The notes under the pieces were generated by a model. The model did no database searches, was not told the DNA's origin, and was given only the letters and a program-made list of their open reading frames with translations. Below are positions 27,214 through 39,439 of a stretch of DNA of 64,000 nucleotides, one piece after another. Both the position numbers and the translations under genes were made by a program. The DNA is taken from NCBI RefSeq assembly GCF_006345805.1, contig NC_042998.1:158720001-158784000 (forward strand), given 5' to 3'. The DNA comes from Octopus sinensis (Eukaryota). Position 1 is the stretch's first letter, and every line of letters begins with the position of its first letter.

Positions 27214-28269
27214 TTGAAAGAAAAATTTAAAGAAATATCCCCTTTGGAAAAGGATATAATTTTAAATGCTAGGAAAATTCTAATCGCATATAATAAGAAG
27301 GGTTGGACTCGAAGTAATACTCAGCATAACTTCGATATAACTATGGGGTCAGCGGATTCAGCCCAGATTACTGATTTGGTGGCTCACTTTCTACTTTCTG
27401 AAATTAAAAAGTAGTTTTCCCACTATCAAGGGAGGCCTTTATAGAGATGATGGCTTATTTGTGATCCCTAATCCATCACTACGTAATAGAGTTAAAACTA
27501 GAAAAGCTTTATCAAATTTTTTTTAAGAAATATAATGTAAATATAACCGCCAATAATACTACCAAAATAGCTACTTTCCTAGATGTTACCCTCAGTTTAA
27601 ACAATGACTAGTATTCCTCATACCATAAGCTGAATAAGGTAATACAATATATAAACTGTAAATCAAATCATCCCGGTATTGTTATAAACGCTATTATAAC
27701 TGGGGTATCCATTAGAATATCAAATTTTTCTGGTAATGAAGATATATTTAATAATCATGCCCTCCTACATAAGCAAGTTTTCAGAAAGGGTAACTTAAAT
27801 GAGAATAAGTCAGTAATAAACAGCCAGATAAATTACCCAAATAAGCAATTTGTGCATAAACTATATGGTTTTAGAAATACGAATTATAGGCAGACTGTTA
27901 CTACTAATAAAAATGATTATAAGGAATCTAGGAAGCGGGATATTATTTGGCTCAATCCAGCTTTTTTCCCTCCAAATTAGGAACCTCCCTAAATTATTTT
28001 ATAAGAGTGTCGAGAAAGACTTTTCCCCAAGGGGACATAAAAATTCATTTATTAACCCCCAATACAGCTCCATATCTAGTCTCAATTATAGCCACAAATA
28101 ATAGATATAAACTTAGTAATAAAATTAGTAATGGTTTAAATAAAGATCCTATGGGGGCAGTTTCTAGTGAAACAAACTGTAGTATTGATATAGCGGATAA
28201 GAGTACCACTACTAAGTCCTTAAATGAAACTTTAACTGCAGCTCCCAGGAGGGAATTGCCTGAGAAAAA
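27214..28269 (+). mobile_element. Penelope-like reverse transcriptase remnant (Naiad-type motifs)
   Basis: FDITMGSADSAQITDLV, GGLYRDDGL, TFLDVTLSL, QYINCKSNHP, SRKRDIIWLNP; contains stops and frameshifts. Confidence 0.88.
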
Positions 28270-28525
28270 ATATGTCAGAAGTACATTGCCTTTATCAGTG
28301 GTGGATTGAGGATCGTGGCGTCGGAGCTGAACCCAAATCACCACTCCATTCGTCTTGTCGTTTGCTTGTTTATCATACGTTTATGTCTTGTATTAAATTT
28401 TTAATTGCATCTCAATGTTATGTCATTATGTTTCATGTGATCCGTAAACTCAGATTGTGTTGTTCCCTCTATGTCGGCCCCTTGTGGGCAATAAAAATTC
28501 AGATTGTATTTTGGTCCGTCCTGGC
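28270..28525 (+). mobile_element. 5'-truncated copy of the L1/Tx1-like LINE 3' UTR, interrupting the PLE
   Basis: High similarity to the reverse complement of 24500-24756 (GTCGGAGCTGAACCCAAATCACCACTCCATTCG...). Confidence 0.88.
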
Positions 28526-28794
28526 GTTTTGGGGTTATTTTTGCTGTGTTGAAAAAGGTGAGAGTTGTTATTGTTGAAAATATTGATCTCAAGGGCAAGC
28601 AAAAGATCCGTAAAATATTCAATGCCATTCCCTATATATCTGGTTTAATATCAGAGTGATTCCTAGAGACATACTTTAATAACACCAGTGGTGTTCCAGC
28701 ACACCAGATTCCAACTTCGAATTTGTGAGGGGTTGTGCTACACATACATTGTCATACATGCTGTCATACATACATACATACATACATACATACA

Positions 28795-28828
<34 letters not shown>

Positions 28829-29290
28829 CATACATACATATATATATATGTATGTATATCCCACCATTGCCAAATAGTTAAGGATGTGACTTGTCTATCA
28901 TATGGTGTCGCTTTCTTTCGCAGTCCACAGCCCTTTTTGTTTATAATTTTATGATTAGCTTCAGATCGATCCATCCAAAACTCATATGTGAAATTATGAA
29001 GACAGAAAATGTTTGGAAGCTTGTCGGCTGAATTGAACCTGCAATTTAAAAAGCTAGCTATGTCGAACTCTGAGAATTGCATTAAGAAGATCCAATGTCA
29101 ATGAAATACTCAGTCACCTGCACGCTAATTCCAGGACTAATCTTTCCTGTTCAATGAACGTTTCGAAACTTCATCGTTGAAATTGACGGAGATCTGTTGA
29201 CGCACACACACACACGTATATACATACGTAAATACATATACACATCGTATATGTGCATAATATATATAATAATATATATATGCACACATG

Positions 29291-29331
<41 letters not shown>

Positions 29332-30259
29332 GCGCGCGCGCACACACATACACATATATACACATATAATATGAACTAGAATGATTGCGTGTGTATGTGT
29401 GTGAATGTGTGTGTGTACGTGTGTATGCTGAATTTGAATACCTAATAACAGTATCTTCTTATATATAGATTTAGTCGCCTCCTCCGCCTTGTGAAACTTT
29501 GTATGTAGACTCCGTTTTGTTAGTGTATTATTCATATTCTTTACATCAACATTATTACCATCATTATTATTATCTTCATCCTTATTAACTTCCTATTGAT
29601 ACTTTTTCCTGTACATCACTACATCGATGTATGACGCCAACAGCAGAAATTTGATAAACAATATATCTTGCCGTGACAATACTAGTTATTTGAGACAAGT
29701 AACATAAAAGGAATGCCTTGTACAGCTGTCCTCTGTTGTTTATTGTATTGGATTCTATTTTCAGTCTAGAAGTTTCAAAGTGATGTAATAGCAAACAACT
29801 AAATTCCGTTGTAGTGCTCTGATGGGTGAGATATTAAAGAGTTGTTCAATTTTTATGTTTATTCATTCTGTCTTTAATAGTCATCACGCATTTAAAGGTT
29901 CTGTGTAATAGAAACTTTTGAATACCACATAAAATGGTTAGTGGTTATTTTACTCTGCAGCTCATTGTTTTCTGAGTTCAAATCTTGCCAAACTCACTCT
30001 TGTCTTCTGTCTTTTAGAGATTGATTAAATAAGTATAAATCAAGTATAGGAGTCGACTTTCTCAATAATATTTAAAGAAACAATCAATATTCCTTATAAT
30101 CTAAATATGATATATAGAAAAGCATCGTTATAGCGTTACACAGAATGCTTTTTCCCTTTTTATTACGGTTCCTTGTCTTCTGAGTTCAAATTTCTTCTTG
30201 GTTGACTTTATCGTTCATATTTCCAAGAACATAGAAAAAATAAGTTCAAATATAATAAC

Positions 30260-30471
30260 TGGTTTCAAACATTTGATGCAAGGCCAGCGGTTTTTTTGGG
30301 AGGGGTAATTCAATTAAATCGACCTCACCACTCAACTAGTATTTGTTTTATCGACCCCAAAAGTATGAAATGTAAAGCCGACCTCGGCTGAATTTGGACT
30401 CAGATCGTAAATACGGAATACCGCTAAGCATCTTGCCTGGCGTGCTAACGATTCTGCCATTTCGCCGCCTT
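30260..30471 (-). mobile_element. SINE family A
   Basis: Reverse-complement head, core and tail. Confidence 0.8.
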
Positions 30472-31174
30472 TAGATCAAATATAAAACTGAGTACTATTT
30501 TATCGACTTCCTCCACCTCCCAATAATCAATTACTTTGTGTCAATATTGCTTGTGCTGTGTTAATTTGTAATAATTATCCATTTAATCTATTGACAGTAA
30601 ACACAATATCAAAATTATCGTGAAAAAAAAAGTGGGTTTGCAATGTAATATTGTGACAGTTATGAGCTTCCTTAAGTGATCCCCAGTATTAACAAAATGA
30701 ATTGATTTACACTCATTCCTGATATGAGTTGACTAGTGGATCTAGTTGTTGTATTTCTACCATTTTGAACCGACGTCTTCTATTTCAAGGAAGAGTAAAA
30801 CTGGAGACTATGACTTCCAATATATTTCTCATGTGCATTAGTGGTAAAAGTGAAGTCAGATATGGTCAAGCGGAAATTGAAAATATGCTGAGCTGTTGAC
30901 TTTCCGATTTTTTACCCAGCGGTGCTCTCCCTGTTTGTGTTGATGTTTTCCCACTCTAAAACACGAGGTTGAAACTTTCTAAAGAGAGAAATATAACTAA
31001 ATTGGCATTACTATATATTTTCAAGCTCAATAATATAGTTTCAGATTTTGACACAAGGCCAGCAATTGTAGGGGGAAATGGTTAGTCGATTACATTGGCC
31101 CCAGTGCTCAGCTGACACCTATTTTTTCGACGCCGAAAAGATAACAACAACAACAATAATAATAATTATAATAA

Positions 31175-31355
31175 TGGTTTCAAATTTTGGTACAAGGCCA
31201 GCAATTTTGAAGGAGGCGCCTAGATGATTATATCGACCCCGTTACTCAACTGATAATTATATTATCAACGCCGAAGCATGAAAGTCGACCACAGCGGAAT
31301 TTGAACACAGAGCGCTTTGTTTAGAGTGTTAATGGTTCTGCTATCTTGCCGCCTT
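31175..31355 (-). mobile_element. SINE family A (a further partial copy lies at 31035-31140)
   Basis: Reverse-complement core and tail. Confidence 0.75.
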
Positions 31356-31369
31356 AATAGTAAAAATAA

Positions 31370-32102
31370 TAATCCTTTCTACTATAGGCATAATGCCTGA
31401 AACTTGTGGCGGTGGGATAGTCGATTACATCGACGCCAGTACCGAAAGGATGAAAGGCAAAGTCAACCTCAGTGGAATATGCGGCTCAGAACGAAAGACA
31501 GGCAAAAATACCTATTTCGTTACTACCCGCAGGGGGCTAATCACAGAGAAGACAAACACGGACAGACAAACAAGGACAGACAAACGGATTAAGTCGATTA
31601 TATCGACCCCAGTGCGTAACTGGTATTTACTAAATCGACCCCGAAAGGATGACAGGCAAAGTGGACCTCGGCGGAATTTGAACTCAGAACGTAGCGGCAG
31701 ACGAAATACCTATTTCTTTACTACCCACAAGGGGCTAAACACAGAGGGGACGAACAACGTCAGACAAACGGATTAAGTCGATTACATCGACTCCAGTGCG
31801 TAACTGGTACTTAATTTATCGACCCCGAAAGGATGAAAGGCAAAACTGACCTCAGCGGAATTTGAACTCAGAACATAACGGCAGACGAAATACCTATTTC
31901 TTTATTACCCACAAGGGGCTAAACACAGAGGGGACAAACAAGGACAGACATAGGTCGACCCCAGTGCGTAACTGGTACTTAATTTATCGACCCCGAAAGG
32001 ATGAAAGGCAAAGTCGACCTCGGCGGAATTTGAACTCACAACCTAACGCAGACGAAATACCGCTACGCATTTCGCCCGGCGTGCTAACGTTTCTGCCGCC
32101 TT
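31370..32102 (-). mobile_element. Tandem multimer of SINE family A: one head, four bodies, three carrying a LINE-like tail
   Basis: ~180-200 bp units with identical junctions AAATACC|TATTTC at 31512, 31710 and 31894. Confidence 0.88.
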
Positions 32103-32120
32103 AACAACAGCAACAACAGT

Positions 32121-32300
32121 GGAGGCGCAATGGCCCAGTGGTTAGAGCCGCGGACTCGCGGTCGTAAGAACGCGGTTTCGATTCCCAGACCGGGCATTGT
32201 AAGTGTTTATTGAGCAAAAACATCTAAGTTCCACGAGGCTTCGGGGAGGGGGTGAACCCCGTTGTACTCTATCACCACAACTTTCTTTCACTCTTTCTTC
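32121..32300 (+). mobile_element. tRNA-derived SINE family B, 5' part
   Basis: A box TGGCCCAGTGG and B box GTTTCGATTCC; matches the reverse complement of 50957-51256. Confidence 0.82.
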
Positions 32301-34769
32301 CTACTTCTGCCACAAAGCAGAGGAACCATGGTGTAATCCACTATGCTGTGGTAAACTTTCAGACCCTAGTCTAGATTGCGAATCCTCTGAACCCCAGAAT
32401 GGTTCAGCTCTCCACCTGTTAAAAGCCACCGTTTACGGCATGAGGGACACAACGTAGCTTTCACGCCCGTGCAACTACCAGTCTATCGCGTGTGGTGGGT
32501 GGATCTTTAAGTTGCCACACGCATTCTTAGTAGCTTAGAATAGGCTCGAATTAGAGATTATTCTTTGTGGCTAATGGCGTGAGTTCTGATTAGAAGAAGA
32601 AGAAGAAGAAGAAGAAGAAGAAGAACAACAACAACAACAACACTAATTATGATAATGTATAAGCAAAGTCGTCCGCGGCAGTATCTGATCTCAGAAAATA
32701 GAGTTGTAAGAAATGCTACTAACCATTTTGACCTGCGTGCTGACGATTCTGACTGTTGCAGGCTTCCCAATCTTAAGAATATTAATACCAGGCGTGTATG
32801 ATTCATATAGTTGAGATCATTGCAACTCTCAGCAAAAATTTTTTTGTTGCTGTTATTGTTTACACTGTTGCTATTACCAATGTTGCTATTTTACTTAACA
32901 CATTGATATTATAAAATGTCTTGGTTAACCATGCAGTAAAAATTCCTAAAGTTCTCTTTTATCAACATTTGTGTGTCCACAAAATTCCGGACATCGACAC
33001 GAAAACACGTGCGTCTTGGTCTTTCCTCGAAACCTCTACGTACCCGAGGATTTCCAAACCAACTCATTTCCCTGTTGTTTTGGGAAAGACATGAATATAG
33101 CACCTACTTTTCTAAAAAGTTTGGATGTATCACCTAATATAAAGTGATGGACATATAGTGATTTCTAAATCTATACAAATAGTATGTTTTTTAAATTCCG
33201 ATACATGTCCGAAACATTTTCATAAGTCCATGCTTATTTCATGACTTCTAATTAGCCCTTGTTTCATACGCTCTTTGTAATATAAAGCTTTCCTTTCATA
33301 AGTCTCAAATTTTCAAGGGGTTGAAAAAACTTGAGGATGTATATCATATATGATGCATGAACACCAGGGAGATATGTCTTGTGTATTATATGTGATACAC
33401 TGGACAGGCAAAGGGTCACTGTCAGTTACAAGCTTCCTTTACATTCCCTATCTTATCTGTCTATCTGTCTGTCTGTCTATCTGTCTATCTATTAGATATC
33501 TATCTGTCTATGCAGTCATTTTTGTTGTCTCTTCCCCCTCACACTCTTGGCATGTATGTGTGTGTGCGAGCGCGCGTGTAATTATTAGCGTGCGAACTAC
33601 TGGGAGTGAAAGATTCCTAGTTCTCGTTAGAACTTCATTCTTGGAGAATGTAAACTCGTATAAGAAAAATAAAAGAAACAGTAGTACAGCTAATTCCTTG
33701 TCTTCTCAACCTGTGTTGTGCCCCTGGTTTTATAGCTAATTGAGACGAAAAGGGGATTCAGTGCCGTACAACACTTTATCCACTCAAAACAAATTTACGC
33801 ACAAGAATTTATTGAACTCGCGGGACGTTTGTTCAGACCTACTGAGTTTGGAAAGTGATCTTAATTGGTTACAAGTTGACTTCCAAAATGAGGTGTTTAT
33901 CCGTGTATATGTGTTTATATTTACATACTCATCCCACCCATTTGTTTATTATTTGCAAAGTTACATGTTTTCACTCTTTCAGTATTAATTTGTATTAATA
34001 TTTTCGTGTCATCTCTCTTTCACTTTCTAATTTTTAAACATACATTGAGATGCACACATACGCTAACACGCGTCTGACTTATTTGAAAACCTATACATAC
34101 ATGCATACATACATACATGCATACATACATGCATACATGCATACATACATACATACATACATACATGCATACATGCATACATACATACATACATACGTGT
34201 GTGTGTGTGTGTGTTAATGTGCGTTGATAGATAGGAATACGGACCTGTAAAATGAAATTATTTCTGTAATAACACGAATTTTCTTCCTATGCTTGTTTTG
34301 AGGTGTAACTGATCATACACAGATCTAACTCGATAGTTATATACCTTGCACTTTCAGGGCGTACTTTGTGTGTGTGAGCGCGCGTGCGTAAGTGTGAGTT
34401 TGTGTATACATTTACATATATATATACATATATATTTATCTCACATGAATATTAATGCTCTTTATATATTTATAAATTTGATTCACTTAGTTCGTTTTCT
34501 CATTGCGGTTGAAGTGATACATAGGTTTGTTACGAATAGACTTGTCTGAAGAGAATCAAGTTGCTTTTGGTGCTAAATTCGAAATCACGATACCAGATTA
34601 ACTGGCATTCCTTCTTGCAATTTTGCGTAGGTAAGACGCAATCCTTATTCACTTAGTTTTTTCCAACCATGCCTGTGGAAATCTAGTGTTAATTTTTGTG
34701 GCTTCGGAGTATTTTTTACTCCCATTTTTAGCAAAGCTGGTGTTTCATAGTGCCCTTGTTATATATAAA

Positions 34770-34823
<54 letters not shown>

Positions 34824-34899
34824 GTAAATTTTGCTTATACGGTTTCAAGCTTGCGGTCACTAACATTATTATCTCTTATGAGTATTAATGTTCTTTCTA

Positions 34900-36166
34900 T
34901 TGGGTTGACAACTAAGTTCCAGCCGTTTTTTAAAATTTTTATTTTTTAAAAGGTTTAATAAAAAATAACAACTAATTAATCAATAATGTATTCACCCTTG
35001 TTGTTTACAACTTCTTCCCAACATTCAACAAGATTTTCAATACGTCGTTGGTAGAAATCACCCGATTTCGACTCAAAACATTGAACCAAACAATTCTGCA
35101 TCAGTATTGAACGAAACTCCGCGCATAGCATTTGAAAGAGATCGAAAGAGGTGGAAATCCGTTGGTGCCAAATCAGGAGAGTATGGCGGGAGTGGCAGCA
35201 CTTACCAGCCAGGCGTTTGAATGGCTTCCTTGGTCATATTGGCGATATGAGGGCGGACGCTGTGGTGCAGCAGAACTCCATGCTACCGATCAGGTCTTTT
35301 CTCTTGAATAGCCGTATTGAGTCGTTCCATCTGTTTAACATAGAGTTTCACATTGACTGTTTGGTTTCGTTCAAGCAATTCGTAATCCTTTCTCAGTCCC
35401 ACCATACGCACAACATCGTTTTACGTGGATGAAGATCTTGTTTCACGCGCGGTGCCGCTTGTTTACCGGGGCTAAGCCATTCCTTACGCTACTTCATATT
35501 GATGTACAAGCACCATTTTTCGTCGCCAGTAACGATTCGGTAAAGAAATCGTTGCTTGTGTCCATGAGTTGAGCGGTGACGAGCAAGCAAACCAGCGGAG
35601 ATTGTGGCTGGTTCACTTTTGTTGTTGTCACTTAAAGCATGCGGAACCCATGCTCCATATTTCTGAACCTTTCCCACCGAGTGAAGATGCTTCTCTATAG
35701 CAGTCTAGGAGCATTCCATTTTCTCTGCCAGTTCCATTGTCGTTTGACGAGAATTTTCGTGCAAAAGCTGGCTTAATCGCTCTTAATCGAACTCAACTGG
35801 ACGGCCAGAACGAAGTGCGTATTTGAGGTCAAAATTTCCATTCATGAACTTGGCATACCAATCATGAGCGGTTCTTTCAGCAAGGCACTCTCTCCATACA
35901 CACCACAAATGTCGCGAGCAGCTTTTGTGGCCTTAGAACCTTGATTAAAAGCAAAAAGAAGGAGGTGTCGAAAACGCTCGTTTTTCTTAACTTGACATTC
36001 CATTTTAATGATCTGGAAATAAACAAAAATTAGCTAAAATTAACTAGAAAAAAAAACATTTTAAAATGATTCAAAAATAGAATTCTCGAAAAAATAGATT
36101 CCAAAGTTTAAAATGGCAATAAATTCCAAAATTTAAAATACGGCGGCAACTTAGTTGCTAACCCAA
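34900..36166 (-). mobile_element. Mariner transposon with both TIRs; transposase pseudogene 36003-34976
   Basis: TA-flanked TIRs TTGGGTTGACAACTAAGTT / AACTTAGTTGCTAACCCAA. MECQVKKNERFRHLLLFAF.., WVPHAL, IVTGDEKW, PYSPDLAP motifs; in-frame stops and an internal deletion. Confidence 0.93.
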
Positions 36167-36221
36167 TATATTCATATATATACATGCACACACAAATAGA
36201 CACACATACACACAGACATAT

Positions 36222-36570
36222 AAGCGCGGATTTGGGTGTGTGGTAAGAAGTTTGCTTCCGAACTACATCGTTCCAGGTTCAGACCCTCTGCGTAGCACCT
36301 CGAGCATGTGTTTTCTTCTATAGACGGAAACTGAAAGAAGCCCTTCGTATATATACGTGTGTGCGTGTGTGCGCGCGTACTTGTGTATGTATATCTATGT
36401 ATGTGTGCGTTTCCCCCACCGCCGCTTGAGAACCAGTGCTGGTGCATTTAAGATATTGTTAGAATAAGTATCAAGTTTTAAACAATATTAGCACTGGAGT
36501 CGATTCGTCGACTAAAATCTTTCAAGGTGGTACCCCAGCATGGCCGCAATCTCACAACTGAAACAAATGA
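36222..36570 (+). mobile_element. SINE family D
   Basis: Head GTGTGTGGTAAGAAGTTTGCTTCC, internal TG microsatellite, tail CCAGCATGGCCGCA..CTGAAACAA. Confidence 0.8.
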
Positions 36571-36589
36571 CCGACAAACAGGCAGACAA

Positions 36590-36671
<82 letters not shown>

Positions 36672-37792
36672 GTGTGTATATCTCGCTTTCTGTCACTGTG
36701 TCGTTCACTACATTCTTCTATCTCTATCCACTCTGTTCCTTTTTTCATTTCTTCTTCTTCTTACTCTATAGCTTTCTCTCCAATTATTTGCAATGATTCA
36801 ACAGTAGGCAGTTTAGATGAGGTATTCTTCCTTTTCTACAGAAAGCCCAAACCACCCCCACCAGTAGATATAGTGTTTACACACATCTCACCCTTACTTT
36901 CTCTCTCTTACTTCTATAGTATCTTTCAATCTTTCTCTCTTTCTCTCTGTCTCCCCCTCGTACACACATACATACACTCACACTTCGTACAGCACGACGA
37001 CTGCACAATAGCTATGTAACGCCTTTCTCTTTTCTCCAAGAAAACCACCATACATTTCTCATGCCACATCGTGCCCGTCCCAGCTCACCGCTTCCATTTC
37101 ATTTCGTTCCTACCGATAAAAGTGAGCAGTGAATTTGTCAAGCAGCCGGTGTTATGACATCTTGATGGGCCGCTTACTGACGTAGCAAATTTCACGCTCA
37201 GTTGCTCTCTGTATTGGCAAGAAGTACTATCACTACATAACTACCAGCTCTCTCACCCACCGAACTATCGGCGGTGATTCCTCATCTGGAAGCCGGTGGA
37301 TTTTTATGATTCTATAAGCCAGCCCCCTATTTTAGAACGGCCACTAAATTACTTTTGATATCTCCCTGTTTACATAGGCGTGACTGGATCTTTTCTCTGT
37401 GGACCTCAAGCTTGCCAGTTAAGACTATTATAAATCCTAAAGCGATCGCTTCTTCACTACCACTAGCGTTGAATGCGATGCACTTATCAATATTATAATT
37501 GCAATTCTCTTCTTCACTTCTCCCTCTTTATCTTATTTGTTGTGTTTTCTGTATTTTCCTCTTTTATTTTGTTACTTTATCTTTTATTTTCTTATCTTTC
37601 CCTCCCTTCTCTTTTCTATTTGCTTTTCCGGTTATAAGCTGTTGCCCATCAATGCGCATGTACTTTACTTCTACTATGGCTTCGCTTGCGGTCATTTTTC
37701 TTACAAAGTATTCACTTTTCTTCTTTCAGAAATATGTGTATTGATGCAGATAGCTATATATAAATATAAATATAATATAAATATAAATATAA

Positions 37793-37900
<108 letters not shown>

Positions 37901-37976
37901 CTATATATAGATATGTTTATATATATATATACTAACAAACAGACAGGCACATACACAGGCAGATAGATAGATAGAC

Positions 37977-38056
<80 letters not shown>

Positions 38057-38874
38057 GGTGTGTTTGCCTGCATATATGTACATGTGTGCATGCTTTTTTG
38101 TTCATGAATGTGTGTATGTGTGAGTGTGTATGTGCGTTCTCTTGTAACTAGAAATCTGCAACAGGTATCCATGTAAACCAGTACGCATTTTCGGAAAGTC
38201 GGCGACTAAAACAACTCTACGAAGCTTGCTTTGTGAAGTGAACAATTTTGAGGCACCCTGCGGGAAAGACAAAATTGTGAAGAGACAAATAACCTTAACG
38301 AGTCAACGGCTATCCAAAACCGCAAACATATCCACATATATATATTTGAATGTGTGCATTTGCATGGGCGTATTTGCATGTATACATTCATCTACATGAG
38401 CGGACGCTCTAACTTGATAGCTGCGATGTTTGTAATTTCTATTTACCTGCTTCATTTTGCTTTAAATATCAAGCGAGTAACCCAAGTGACGCACAAGCCT
38501 ATATCACTTAAAATTATACATACTTGTCTTTTTTGCATTTTTATCCTACTGGACGCAAATCATGGCAAAAGCTTATTGAACCTACAAGTTGACAGCATTC
38601 TTTTTTCTTTCTCTTTGGCCTACTTTTTTTCCCATTACGGCGGTCGAAGAATAATATGCAACCTACAAAATCTGATGTATGGGCAAAAGCGGTTGCGATT
38701 CAAGATTCTGCTCCCTAATTCGGCTGTGCTCTTCGCTGAAGTGTTGTTGGAGTGTAGTAGATGGAATCTTCATCTAACTATACCGTTATATGACTTCATC
38801 ATTGGTGCAGTCAATGATAGGAAAGCATCACAGTAATATTTGAGCAAAGGCGGTTGTATTCTGTAACTAGCCGA

Positions 38875-38939
<65 letters not shown>

Positions 38940-39048
38940 GTATGTTGATGCAAGCAAGAACAATAGAATCAAAATATGAGTATATGATCCAAGAGCTTCG
39001 TGCGTTAGCACTTATAAAAGCGCTAACACGAAACTCTCGAAACTTGAG

Positions 39049-39088
<40 letters not shown>

Positions 39089-39249
39089 CACACACACACA
39101 CACACACACACATCACATACATGATAAATATCGAAATAGTCAGCAGTTTAAGAAAGCACTACCCAGAAATCAATCCAAACTCGGAGAAAGAAGCAGTAAA
39201 TAAATACAATAAAGCGGAAAAGATCAAAAGTAAAATAAATAGATGAATA

Positions 39250-39387
39250 GGCGCAAGAATGGCTGTGTTGTAAGAAACTTGCTTCCCAACAACATGCTTC
39301 TGTATTCAGTTCTACTGTGTAGTACCAACGGCAAGTGTGTTTTTGTATAGCCTCGGGCCGACCAAAACCGGAACTGAAAGAAGACCT

Positions 39388-39392
<5 letters not shown>
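39250..39392 (+). mobile_element. SINE family D, 5' half (a 3' half lies at 39660-39870)
   Basis: GGCGCAAGAATGGCTGTG..CTGAAAGAAGACC head; matches 50344-50760. Confidence 0.75.

Positions 39393-39439
<47 letters not shown>

Noticed and set aside
30698-30746. Partial resemblance to miR-279 and its complement
   Set aside because: Several mismatches including the seed region, and no clean precursor hairpin.
32121-32195. tRNA-like sequence (also 51180-51256 and 53744-53810)
   Set aside because: Each continues into a SINE body, the acceptor stems are poor, and there are multiple diverged copies; these are SINE heads.
32812-32832. TGAGATCATTG, a bantam-like 5' end
   Set aside because: The 3' half does not match and no precursor arm is visible.
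38354-38836. 160-aa plus-strand ORF
   Set aside because: No recognisable domain or splice context; composition fits a chance ORF in AT-rich DNA.
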